A stretch of 56,683 nucleotides of DNA, the filler included, from Jimgerdemannia flammicorona (taxonomy: Eukaryota): assembly GCA_003990765.1 (NCBI GenBank). It is 3 parts of 3 records of this genome, joined end to end, with 100 filler letters (N's around TTAATTAATTAA, not from the genome) between each part and the next. Parts side by side here need not be neighbours in the genome. Positions count along the whole stretch, not along the records: positions 18,931 to 37,759 come from RBNJ01002099.1; positions 37,860 to 56,683 come from RBNJ01002100.1; 1 more part is not named here. One strand, 5' to 3'. Positions 34,686 through 46,500 of the stretch are shown in pieces. The notes under the pieces are model-generated. The model saw only the letters and a program-made list of their open reading frames with translations. It searched no databases and had not been told where the DNA came from. Within the stretch, counting starts at the first letter, position 1. Each line of letters opens with the position of its first letter. The translations under genes were made by a program, and so were the position numbers.

Positions 34686-37288
34686 CTATTTCTTGCCCCT
34701 TTTCACTAGTGGGAAATAAGACACGAGCAACAGTACCCTATAAGTAACCGCTGACTCCCAAACGTGATTAATCCAATAAATAACATATAGTATCCCTTAC
34801 CTTCCTTCGCCAGTTCGAACAACCCGCTCCTTTTCCTCTTCGCTCCATGTTTCCCCGCAATTCTTAATTGCTTTGGCACCCTCCGCTTCCGTTTGGCTCC
34901 GGGACTCTCCTCCTTCTCGTCACTTTGTTCGTCACTCTCGCTTTCGTACTCGCTTCCGCTGGTCACGTCATTCTGCTCCTCTTCCTCCTCCTCCTCCTCC
35001 TCCTCCTCCCGTTCCTGCTCCTGCTTGGGTTTCACCGCAACTCGCACCCCTAATCCATCTAATGGTCTGAATTTTGTCATAGCTGCGAGCTTGCTTAATG
35101 AAGTAAAAGGACGGGCCCGCATTTGTCCCGAGGGAGGGAAGAGGGAACTGGTGATTGAGTTGAACGGAATGATAGACGATGTAGGGGGTGGAAGGGTGGC
35201 CACGGAATGCTCTTTCGGCGCAGTGTCGTCCTCATCGTCGTCGTCGTCGTCGTCGCGGCTGTCTTGTTCAGAGTCACTCTCTGTGTCGTCCGTTGATTCA
35301 TTGTCGGAGCCGAGGGCAGCTTCGTGCCGGCTGAACGTGGCGGTATCAGAAGGCGATGCATCGCCTTCCACACTTGCGTTGACCCCTTCCTCCAACTTCG
35401 CCTGAATCGCACTTTTCGCAATCACGATGGGCGGCATCGCCTCCTCATTCTCACTCTCAACGATCTTGTAATGGCGCTGCTCTTCCCCATCCCCATCTTC
35501 TCCTTCTCCCTCCTTCTCCTTCTCTTTCTCCTCTTCCTCTTCCTCTTCTTCCTCCTCTTCCTCCTCTTCCTCCTCCTTTTCCTCCTCCTCCTCCTCTTCC
35601 TCTTCCTCTTCCTCTTCCTCTTCCTCCTCCTCTTCCTCCTCTCCTTCTTCCTCCTCCTCCTCCTTCTTCACCTCCTCCTTCTCCACCACCTCCATCTCCT
35701 CCTCCACCTCCGCTTCCTCATCCTCATCGTTACTCGATGCCGATGGCCTGAAGTTCACCATCCGCGGCGGTATCATAAGCGATGTCAGCACTGAGGTTTC
35801 GGTCACAGATAGAGGCTCCGATGCGTCATCCGCCTCCCTCGATTTCACTCCCTGAGACACATGCATAATTACTTCGTCAACTTTTGAGGGGTCGCGATGC
35901 GGAAGCGACGATGTGGGTGATGAGGTCGTTGTTGCTGCTGTTGTTAGCATGTCAGGTTGCACTGCGGCAGCAGCCACTGCCGAAAATGACCTTGCAACCT
36001 TGTGCGGTACCGATGGGGATGGTATGGATTTGGCCTTTTTCTTGTTACTCGTCTCCATTACTTGTGGCGGTTCCGATTTATTGTCCGTTACATTTGATAT
36101 CGCCTCGTTGGAAACGGGATCGGAAGAGGAGGAGGCTTTCGTACCCTAATGCAGTTGTGAACACGCATGCCAATGATTACAATCAATATTTATCGTATTG
36201 TCCCACCTAACTTGAACCCTTTTTCTTCATCCCGAGAGAAGCATCCGAACCATAAACAGAAATATTACCTTATCCTTATTTTTTCCATTTTTCTCCTCTT
36301 TTTTTCTTTCCCAATCTTTCGTCGCCGTCTTATCCTTCACATCCTTCGCGTCCGTCTTGAATTCAGCCATCACTTCCGCTTCTGTATCTTCTTCCGTCTC
36401 GCCCTTCCGGTTTACGGCCGCCTCAGCACTCTCTCGATCCGCTATCCTCTTTTTCATCATCTTTTTATATCTTTTCATTCTCGGTTTCGTCGCTGAGGAC
36501 AGCATGGACGTCGTCGAGGTAGGTGTCGACGCTACGCTGGTATCAGGCGTGGTGGCGTTGTTCGTGCCTGCGAGCGCGAGCAGATTAACGGTGTTGATCG
36601 GATTCGGTTTGGGCTTCTTGGCGGGCGGCATCTAGGGTTGAAAACGAGAGGAAAGTACCGGAGAGTGCTTGAATACTGGGCACGCCTGGGCACGCGAGTT
36701 AACACACTAGAAGCAGGAACAACGCACTAATACCAGGCATTTGGCGGTTTGAAATTCTCAAAACATTTACCGAATCATAGCCCATTTTTCTCCGTCTCCG
36801 CTTCACCGCGCTCTGGGTCTCGTCGCATAATGTCGTTGCCTTCTCCTTGCCCACGTTCCGGTTCTCGTCCTCGTCCTTGCCCCATTTTCTTGCGTTCTGG
36901 CTCTCGTCCATGCCCCATTTTCTCGCGTTCTGGCTCTCGTCTTTAGCCCACTTTCTCGCGTTCTGGCTCTCGTCCATGCCCAATTTTCTCGCGTTCTGGC
37001 TCTCGTCCTTAGCCCATTTTCTCCCGTTCTGGCTCTCGTCCTTGTCCCATTTCCACTTCCTCGCGTTCTGGCTCTCGTCGCAGGATGTCGTTGGCGTGAG
37101 GGTGGGGGTGAGGGTTCTCGCATGAGAGTCAATTGAGTGCTCTTCGCCCTTGGGCAGAAGTACGTTCACAACGCTGTTGTCCTCAAAGACCTCACCGATA
37201 ATGTAGTCATCATCCAGGTCGCAGTGGAACGCGTTGCGAAGACGGGGAACAGTCAGCGGTCTGCGAGTAAGATTTGTAAGGTTAGTGT

Positions 37289-37331
<43 letters not shown>

Positions 37332-37618
37332 CGAGAGGGAGGGAAGGTTTTCAAGCAAAAGATTCGTAATGCGTACGTTTCATTCGGATACAACTTTGCC
37401 CACTGCTGTGCAATCTGCCTCCTGAGGTCTGCCAGCGAGATGGTAATGTCGGTGAGCATTAGGAAGCGACGACGGAGTCGGGCAGTGGGAATGGAAGGGA
37501 CTAGGAAGCCACCATTGGCTATAGAGGAGACAGAGCTGACGGGGGGGGATAGGAATATGTTGGATTCGAGGTCTGAGTGGGTGGAAACGCAGATCTGCAA
37601 CTTGCAGCGGGTAGCCAT
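34686..37618 (-). CDS. Net1/Tof2/Dnt1-like nucleolar protein (Cdc14-binding-type N-terminal domain, long acidic low-complexity region), multi-exon
   Basis: N-terminal KLQICV...RRFLMLT...LADLRRQIAQQWAKLYPNE/PLTVPRLRNAFHCDLDDDYIIGEVFEDNSVVNVLL matches the Net1/Dnt1 N-terminal pattern from recall. Poly-Glu tracts and basic NLS-like clusters. Last mini-exon VKRGKK*. Confidence 0.65.
36870..37079 (-). repeat. Coding minisatellite, 33-bp unit x6 (DESQNARKWxx)
   Basis: Six copies of TTCTGGCTCTCGTC on the + strand, in frame within the Net1/Dnt1-like gene. Confidence 0.9.
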
Positions 37619-37759
37619 TGTTGGGGTTTTGAAAGATTTGGAAGATGATTTTTCTTTTTTTTACAAACAGGACCACATGTCATCCACGCGATCACAAGGC
37701 CCACGTGATGCTACATTTTTCCCTTCCAACTCTTCTTCCCCCACACACACCCCCCCCCA

Positions 37760-37859
37760 NNNNNNNNNNNNNNNNNNNNNNNNNNNNNNNNNNNNNNNNN
37801 NNNTTAATTAATTAANNNNNNNNNNNNNNNNNNNNNNNNNNNNNNNNNNNNNNNNNNNN
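37760..37859. other. Assembly gap / artificial contig linker
   Basis: 100 bp of N containing TTAATTAATTAA. Confidence 0.97.
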
Positions 37860-39009
37860 AAAAAAAAAAAAAAAAAAAAAAAAAGAGCTACTAGATTCTC
37901 TGTACTATTCTCAATAAGTGAATTATACTCTTCATTTATAGCTTACTTCTATTTCTTATTATCAAGAGAAGTTATCACTATATTATATATATTTGATTTA
38001 TCAGTAGTACTCTGAATGGATGGAATTGATCCAGATGAGATTTAATTCAGATTCATCATATAATGGATTTAAATCAACTTGGATTGTTCTTGTGATCTGA
38101 TCCAGATTAATCCATCTAAATTGATCATATAAAATCTTTGGTGATATCACTCTTTTTTTTGTTCATTTTTCACTCCATTTTTTTTTTCTGTCATACTTTG
38201 GTGATATCACTCTTTCTTTTATTCTCTTTCTTCTTTTGGTTCTTTATTTATTCTTTTTCTTTGTTCTTTTTCTTTCCTACTGCATCATGAGCAAAGAAAA
38301 CAGCAGCTCTTAATTTGTATTTTACTCATTTTTTTACCCTATAATAATCATCAAAAGAGAGAGTATTCAAGGTAGAAATATACTCTCTGCTGACAATGTT
38401 AGATTCTTTCTCATATGAGCAGCACACAAGCTGTTCATTGAAAGCCAAAAGGGTAATAGTGGTGGTGATAGTGATAGTGATGGTAATGGCAATAGTGATA
38501 GCAGTAGTGATGGCAGAGATGAGAGAGAATTCTAGTAACAACTCACAGCAGCCCTTCAGACCTCAGAATTCACAGACCTCACAGCTTTGTATGCAGCAGC
38601 CTTTTTGGAGCAACTGATAGTAGATGTAGGTTGCTCATTCTGCTGCCACTTATTTACTTGTATTTACTTTTTTAATTTCCCCCAGCATGATCTAATTCAT
38701 CTCATACTTTTCTTAAGGTCCACAGCTCTATGGTGAGATCTGCCAACTTTATTCACAATATCTGGTCAAGATGAAGAAAGGCTGGCAGATGTTGCAGAAC
38801 ATATCTTTGGTAGCTAAGCTATTGTATCAATGTATCTTGTGGCAGAGATCTCAAAAGAAACAAAAGCAAGTCTTCATGAGCAATCTTGTGCAACTAATGC
38901 AACTTATCAGCATGCAACTTACTCACTCATACTCTTTTTCTGAAATATCCATCTCTGTGTTTTATTTGAATTCATTTTTATATGGTCTCTCCTAAAAACA
39001 CCTATATGA

Positions 39010-39200
39010 TACCTGTATACAACCTGTCTATATGCAACCCATCTACATACAACCTATCTGCATACAACTCATCTATATACAATCTGTCTACATGCAACCC
39101 ATCAGCATGTAACCCATCTGCACACAATCCATCCACATACAATCTGTCTACATGCAACCTGTCTGCATGAAACCCACCCACATACAACCTATCTGTATAC
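39010..39200. repeat. Degenerate 15-bp tandem repeat (TACAACCTGTCTACA-like)
   Basis: Periodic units visible in the DNA and as YNLS/CNPS repeats in the ORF track. Confidence 0.8.
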
Positions 39201-40689
39201 TTATCTCAGTCTCTCAGATCAGAGCTCAGTTCCATTAAAAAGGAGAGTTCAAAGTTACTAGCATTCAACTACATCTGGTATCTTATCAAATAGAGAAATT
39301 TAAGAGCAAGATGTTCAGCATAAGCAGTACCAGTATCATCATCAAGGCTTAGGGGTCTACATTAGAATCAGAGCTAATCATTCTCAACCAAGGGGTCTAT
39401 TGGCCAGTAGGATTAACCAATGATGAAGAGAATCATATCATTATTAATGATTATAGAGAGGTAGTTGTGATGGTTATAAAGAACCTCTATAGTAATGAGC
39501 TTTACTATTACATTAATGAGGTTTGTGAGGATTGCTTCAAATATTAAGTGGTAGGAAAGAGGGAGCAAAAAAAGCAAGGAGGGGGGGTTTGGATGGGAAT
39601 TGGATATATTGCAACACTGGTGAAGAGTGGGTTTTGGAGTTCCAAAATCCCCCACTTATCTCTCTTTTTTTTTCTCCTTTCCAGATAATCACTTTATTTG
39701 CTGATATACTCTTTTTGATACAATTCCAGGGATGTACAAGATTCTGTACTCCTATCAGAACTTTAGAAGTACTATTAAAGAGCAAACTACATGTGAGCAT
39801 ATTATGGCCTATATAGTAATAGCAGCTATAATCTGGAGTTCTTTAAGCAGATTGATAGAGTATATGGTAGACCAGCTTAGTAGTAATCTCAGTATAACTA
39901 TACATATATTTTTGGTACAATTTAGCATATCATATAAGGTGAGAAGCTCTGCTTTTTTAGTACTACAGCCTGGGGGATTTCTGTGGCCCAGGGGGTTCCT
40001 GCCCTCCCATACACAAAAAGGACTAACCAGATGCTATCTGTTTTGGTAGGTTTCCAAGCCAGGGCTCCCAGGGCTGGACCAAGGGCAGGCATCCACCAGT
40101 ACAGCCTGGCAGTATGAGGTCCTGGGCCAAGGGTTCACCCAACTATATGCTTATGTCACATTAGGATACATTGGGTGCAATATTTCTCTGCCGATATATA
40201 CAGACAACAATAGCATCTTAGTAATATTCTATATTTTAAAAAGGAAGGGCCCAACCTGAGAGAATAGTGGCAGAGTCTGATATAATCTCACCTATGGTTT
40301 TAGGGTCTCATTTACAGCCAACATAATTATCCTATTCTAACCACACAATCACTATAGTACTATTGCCTTCAAGAAGAGCTTGGATATAATAGTCATCATA
40401 CTCATAATAGATGACAAACTCATCAAGACCTAGGACTGGTAGGTGGAGCAGTTTTTGTGAGAGTTAGGCAATCTTTTATGAGGGTTCAGCAGTATTTTGT
40501 ATGATTGGACAGTCTTTGGACTGATAGCCAGATACCTCTTCTATAGTACTAGTTTAGCCATTATGCTGAGCCCTACTGGCCCTTTGGTCCTACTCTGTAG
40601 TATCACCAGTACAGTACTGTAGCATAGGGCCAGGTGTCTGTGGGACCTGAACTGGTGATGGGACCCAAATCTGTGGTGGACTTCGACCA

Positions 40690-41420
40690 CTAGAAGTACC
40701 CTCTGACTGCCAGAAATGCCCTCTTACTGCCAGAAGCTCCCTCTGACTACCAGAAGTACCCTCCAACTACCAGAAGCACCCTCTGACTACCAGAAGCACC
40801 CTCTGACCTGGACTCAGACTTCTTAATAGCTTGGAGTTGCCCCTTTACTGCTGGTAGAGGGCTGCAAATTTTGCATACTCTCTCTGCCAACCCTGCCAAC
40901 CCCTAGCTCAAGCACAGACTACTTGGGGGTGCCCCATGCTACTGGTAGAGGGCCACAAATTTTGCATGCTCTCTCTGCCTGCCCTGCTCCCTCTACCAAC
41001 CCCTCCATCTCAGATACTTATAGTTTGGGGCTGCCTCTTGCTATCAGTGGAGGGCTGCAAATTTTGTGCCCTCTCTTTGCCAACCCTGCACCCACTGACC
41101 CCACCTACTGATCCAGGCACTGATAGCTTGAGACTGCCCCTTATTGCTAGTGGAGGGCTGTAAATTTTGTATACTCTCTCTGCCTACTATGCCCCCTCTG
41201 CCAACTCTCTCATTCTAGACACTTGTGGCTTGGGGCTGCCCCTTACTGCCAGTAGAGGGCCATAAATTTTGTATGCTCCCTCTATTGACCCTATGTCCAC
41301 TGACCCACCCCCACTGACCCAAGTACTGATAGCTTGAAGCTGCTCCTTGCTGCTAGTAGAGGGCCACAAATTTTGCATACTCCCTCTACTACTGCCAACC
41401 CTACTGACCACTGCTCCACT
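40690..41420. repeat. 21-bp tandem repeat (about 40690-40810) followed by six 90-102-bp units with core GAGGGCyrCAAATTTTG
   Basis: Directly visible repeated units. Confidence 0.85.
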
Positions 41421-41554
41421 TGGGCCACAAATTCTGAACTGAGTCCTCAGTTTTTTTTTCCTTTTTATTTTTAAAAAGTATTAAATAATTTACAAGACCA
41501 ATTAACATATCTATAAATCTCAGGACCTATCGAATTTTAGCAGGCCAAGCCCCA

Positions 41555-43597
41555 CCAAGATTTTAGATATATATATGCCTAAATTGTCTCAGCATTCAGT
41601 GTATACCTCTTAGGGGCAATGAGATCCACTCTATTTGAGAATACCTACTCAATGAGAGTACTGAAGGCAAGAATTACCAGATAGTCCCAAAGTCTATTTG
41701 ATACAGTTGCATGTCCCAGTAAGTAGAGCAGTGGTTGGAATGATGGATTAAATTTGCTCAATACAACTAACTACCTGCCTGATGATCCACCTTCTACTAG
41801 TTGAGCACCTCTATGTCCTCTAGTAGGATCACATGATTACTAGTGAGGTAAATGGTGAGTTTGTCTATTGATAGCAGCTCTTTTACTAATAGCTCCCTCT
41901 TTCTCTTTCTGCTGAATTAAATATGAGACAAGAGGGATCCCTTGATATATTTATCCAGAATTTGGCTGGAACCTTACAGTAGTACATAGTTTTTCTGGTA
42001 CATTTCAATTATAGCCTGCTTGGTTCTCTCAATAAAGTACTGCTCACAGCTCTGATCTTTATAGTATTATAGCTTTAAGTATGGGTCCAGTGCTGTTTAG
42101 AGAAAGAGAGTGAGTTTTTGCAGGAGTTTCTCTGTTTTGGAAGAGACAATGGCCACATACCCACATATCTATACTGATTGAGTATATGGCAGTATCTGTT
42201 TTGGAGTAGTATTTTCTGAGCTTGCTTAGAGCAATCTCTATAGCATCTCTCTGATCTGGACTTAACTGTAAATCACTACAACTCTCCAGCCTATTCTTGA
42301 GCTTATCCTCTAGCTGATCAATTAGAAGGTTATATACTGGTATTGCAGAGCTTATTGTCAGGGTCGTTTGTTTGACTATATCTTTTGTACAATTATTGAA
42401 ATACTGGCAGTTATATATAGTAAGGTGTTATATTGTGCAAAGGTAGACAAAACAAGTATAGGGCCAGAGCAATCACTACTTACTTCCAAAACTCTGATAA
42501 CATTCCTAAGTATATCTCACTCACTTTCACCTAAAGTCTCACTTCACATTTTCTTATCAGCAGCAACCATTGAATCTATTGGCTTTTTTAAAAAAAAAAA
42601 AATCTTCAATCATCCAAAATAAGTTTCTTCAGCCAACTGAAGAAAAAGAATATATATTATAGCAAACTCCAGTATGTGCTGGATCATTGCAAATATTGAG
42701 TTCTAATGTATACAGATATTCAATATAAGCTCTTTCAGGGCTAAACTGATTGTCCTACACTATATAGTGAATTTGTCTCATCATTGTGGGGATGATCAGA
42801 CCAACACAACCAGTTTGCATAGCTTGGAAACTATACTCAGGGTCTTTTCTCTCTCAGATGTTTTGTCTATGTGCATAAGATAGTCCTGAATAGTGAGATT
42901 CAGTATATGGGCCTGGTATTACATATAGTAGCTTTCTGTATCAAAGACTATATTTTCCTATTTGAGGCTGGCTGCTAAAACTTGGAAAAATATTGAGTTG
43001 TTTGTGGCATTGTCCATCATAATGACCAAAATCTATACTTGAAATATTCAGTTAGAAAATTTATGCAAAAATAAATAATCAATAAAATCTGTTTTGTTTT
43101 AGGACCTCTCTCAAAATGCTGACCTGATAGTAAGCCCACATTTTTTATCTTAGTTGTGATTCCAAGCTCCTGGATACAACTAATAAAAGCATCTGTAATA
43201 TTGTCTCCAGAATGAGAGCCAGCAAGTTTAACAAAATCAAGGGTGAGAGATTTAAGCTAACAATCAAGATCAATCTAATGACAAGTAATGCCCCAGAAAT
43301 GAAATTGTACTGGAGAATATCTATGTGTTGATTGTACATAAATGAAATTTTATCTGCTGAATTCTGCTTATTGAATGTGAGATTAAATAGATGAGCTCTT
43401 TGTAAATATATATATAATTCAGCTTATAAAGATCATGGTATTACCTTTATTTATTTATTTTATCTGAAGTATCTAGCAGAGATTGTCATGCTCCTTTCTA
43501 TAGGCCTCCAGGACATCTTTGTAAATAGTATCGGCACTTGGCAAATATAAATCATGCTTAAGGAGGCCAAAGATACTATGCAATTTATCACTCTCAA
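41555..43597 (-). pseudogene. hAT (Ac-like) transposase with introns, inactivated by stops
   Basis: LPSADTI; FLGITCH*ID...LDFVKLAGSHSGDNI; MDNATNN; AHILNL; SSPQ; LILNICIH*NS (eroded LILDVxTRWNS); C-terminal dimerisation DYLVILAFSTLIE*VFS...LNAETI...LKSW. Confidence 0.92.
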
Positions 43598-43599
43598 TG

Positions 43600-46500
43600 G
43601 TTTTTTTTTTTTTTTTTTTTTTTATAGTTACTTGGACTCCTTCCTTTATTAATACATCATCTATCCTCTATATAATACACTGTGCCCACTCCTACCCAAT
43701 TCCCCTAAGAGGACCCCCCCTCTTCCCACTTTCTCTTAATGAAAGACTACTTTGTTATTCACCATTACCATCTGCCCACTACTCTATTTATAGATTCCTT
43801 CTATCAAATAATGATATCACCCATCCTGGGAACCCCAACCAATTCACCATCTGGTCAACAGATCTCCCATCAACTCTTTCTATCTCAACAACTTCACCTG
43901 TATACCCAACTACCACCCCTCCTCAAAAACAAAGAGCCAATGTCTAGCTAGCTCTTCTATACAACTAAAACCCATCCTACAGTAAGCCATTTATTGTCCA
44001 CACCTCCTACTAATCTAGATTTCAGATCTTCCCAGCACCCTCTCTCTCTATCAGGCCTCCTCTCTACACCCAACTGGGCCCCTACTACTATCCAAAAGTT
44101 CTCCAGAATTTTACACTCTCTTAGCTAATGTTTCAGCATCTGTATAAATCCCCCAACTTGCCTGACATTATAATACTCCTCACAATCAAATTGACTACCA
44201 TCCACCAGATGCCCAGCATAGAAATTCAACATAATATTCCTCTACAGCATCCTCCACCATACTACCCAGAACTTGGGAGAAAGTTACCTCTATACCTCAG
44301 CACTCTATGATCAGACTTCTGCCTAGTCTCACTTCTCACTAATCCCCACTGATATTCTACTCTATCACCAATATCAAACTCAGTAAGTAGAACACTCCCC
44401 ATAAGCAGTTGATCTCATTACTATATAGCTGAACCCTATAGCATCTCTCTCTCATTGCTTTGTCAGTACAGGTCTATTCAGTATGTTTCATCTATTACTC
44501 CCTACCAGAAGCCCTTATACTATAGCTGTCAGCTTCCATCCAGATCTATCAGAGATAGTAAATCTCCCAAAGATCCTCATGGAGAAAATCTCATCTCTCA
44601 CACCTTCTGCATCAGAGATACCTAGCCCTCTCCTTGCAATTCAACAGCCCTTTTTAACCACCACACTCACAGATAATGCAGCTACTTAGAAAAATCCACT
44701 AGGCCTAGCCCTCTCCAAACCACTGGTATTACAAGAGTGTTCCAATTGATCTGGGACTATCTCTCTGCCCAAATCTAATCTCTAGTCAGTTACATCAGTC
44801 TCTTCATCACCCAAGCTGGAAAGTCCAAATGACAAGCAATATACTATAGCTTAGAGAATCAGTAGACATTCAGGATTGATATCTGGCCTGCTAGGAAGAT
44901 GTGGCAATCTCCCCAACCTCTCAGAGTCTCTCTCCAAATGGCCACTCTCCTCTCTCACCACATCTGTAACAAGACAGAACTATATATAGAGAGGAAGATG
45001 TTCAGATATGTATCTCACTACCTCTCCTATAGGGACAATTGTTCCAATGACATCTTCTTCTATTAGTCTGTTTCTCAGCACTATTGTCTCATACTTATGC
45101 CAGTTGAGTTTTGCCTCAGAGTATATCTCATACCATTCCACTGTCTCCTAAAGTGCCTCCACATCTGCTACTGAGCCAAGACCAACTACCATATCATCTG
45201 CAAAGGTCTCTATCTTCCATACCACACCATATATAGAGAGCTCCACCACCTTCTGCCATATCCTATCCATCAAAGGTTCTAACAAAAGAGTATAAAGGAT
45301 AGGAGACAGTGGGTCTCCCTGAGGAACTCCTCTTCCTAAGGAGAATACCAGACCCCAGTAACCATTACACATCAGTACTACTCTACTCCCCTCCAACAGA
45401 TTCAACATAGAAGCTCAAAACCATAGAGGAATACTAATTCTATCCAATACCTTATCTAGCTACACCTACCAAACATAGTCATATACCTTCTCCTGGTCTA
45501 AAAAGATCAATCTTCCATCCAATCCACAAGTCCTTGCTCTTTCAATAATGCCATGCATCCAGGCAGTCCCATCTCTAATAAGCCTGTCTCCAACAAAGCC
45601 CTGCTGCTCTTTACCCAGCATCTGTTGGGCAACCTTCTGTAGTCTGGTAATAATCATCTTGATCACCATCTTTCTGTCTATATCTAGAAGTATTATTGGC
45701 CTCTAGTTCTTCCAATTCTCCCTCCTTCTCTTATCTTTATACAACAAGGCCACCAGCTCTAAGTCCTACTCACCAATCTATCTGCCATTCAGCAGAACAT
45801 AGTCACAGAGGACAGCCATCTCTCTTAACACTCCAGGGACCTTCATCATCTTTTTCCAAAAGTCCTAAGGTAACCCATCCTCTCCTGGTACTATTCCAAG
45901 CTTAGTTGCTATCAGGACTCTCTGGATTTCCTCCTCTTAGACTGGCAGTATTAAGTCTTCAAGGCCCTCCACTGGTAGTGGTTCTCACTTCTCCAGTATG
46001 GCATCAATTTCCTCCTCATCTGTACTCCCTTTCTCCTCACTCCACAGACCCTGCCATCTCTCCTTCAGTACTTCCAAGATTAGTTGTATATCATATACTA
46101 TTTCTCCCTCAGCATTAAGAATCTCATCCCATTAATGTCACACTCTCCTAGCCTGAAGAAGTCTTGACAAGTACCTAGTAGGTCTCTCCTCTTCTTCAAG
46201 CCCCTGCTACCTTAGTCTGGTAGCTATTCCTTTCATATGAATCTCTTCCTCTTCTCTCAATATCTATTATAGCTCTATTATCTCCAATTTTGCTTGCTCT
46301 AACCTCCAATCCCCCACCTCTTCAGAAGAAATCAAATCAGCCCACTCTATCTGTAATCTAAGTAGCTTATTAGAAGCACACCTTACTCTCTTCCTTCACT
46401 GCCTCCCAACCTCTCTATCAGCTTCTCCCCAATAAATCCTCACAGCCTCCTTCAATCTCATCCAATGAATACTCACAGATAAACCTTCATATATCTAGCT

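Larger units (their letters stand above)
38700..41440 (-). pseudogene. Decayed second (cargo) gene of unknown function inside the hAT element
   Basis: Minus-strand segments read as eroded protein: six repeats restoring to RERAKFAALRRQQGAAPS, 21-bp SEGASGx repeats, PVLGLDEFVIYYEYDDYYIQALL, AIICSHVVCSLIVLLKF and YQRYVLQHLPAFLHLDQIL. Also present in copy A. Confidence 0.5.
38005..43599 (-). mobile_element. hAT element copy B (TIR-like end, cargo ORF, transposase), truncated at the LINE poly(T)
   Basis: Starts TAGTACTCTGAATGGA. Colinear with copy A and less eroded. Confidence 0.85.

Noticed and set aside
34868..35794. + strand poly-Ser/Leu/Pro ORFs
   Set aside because: Antisense reading of the Glu/Asp-rich exon of the Net1/Dnt1-like gene.
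40820..41420. Conserved core with variable spacers resembling a CRISPR array
   Set aside because: Eukaryotic context, degenerate cores, spacers related to each other and no cas genes. Better explained as coding repeats in the hAT cargo ORF.
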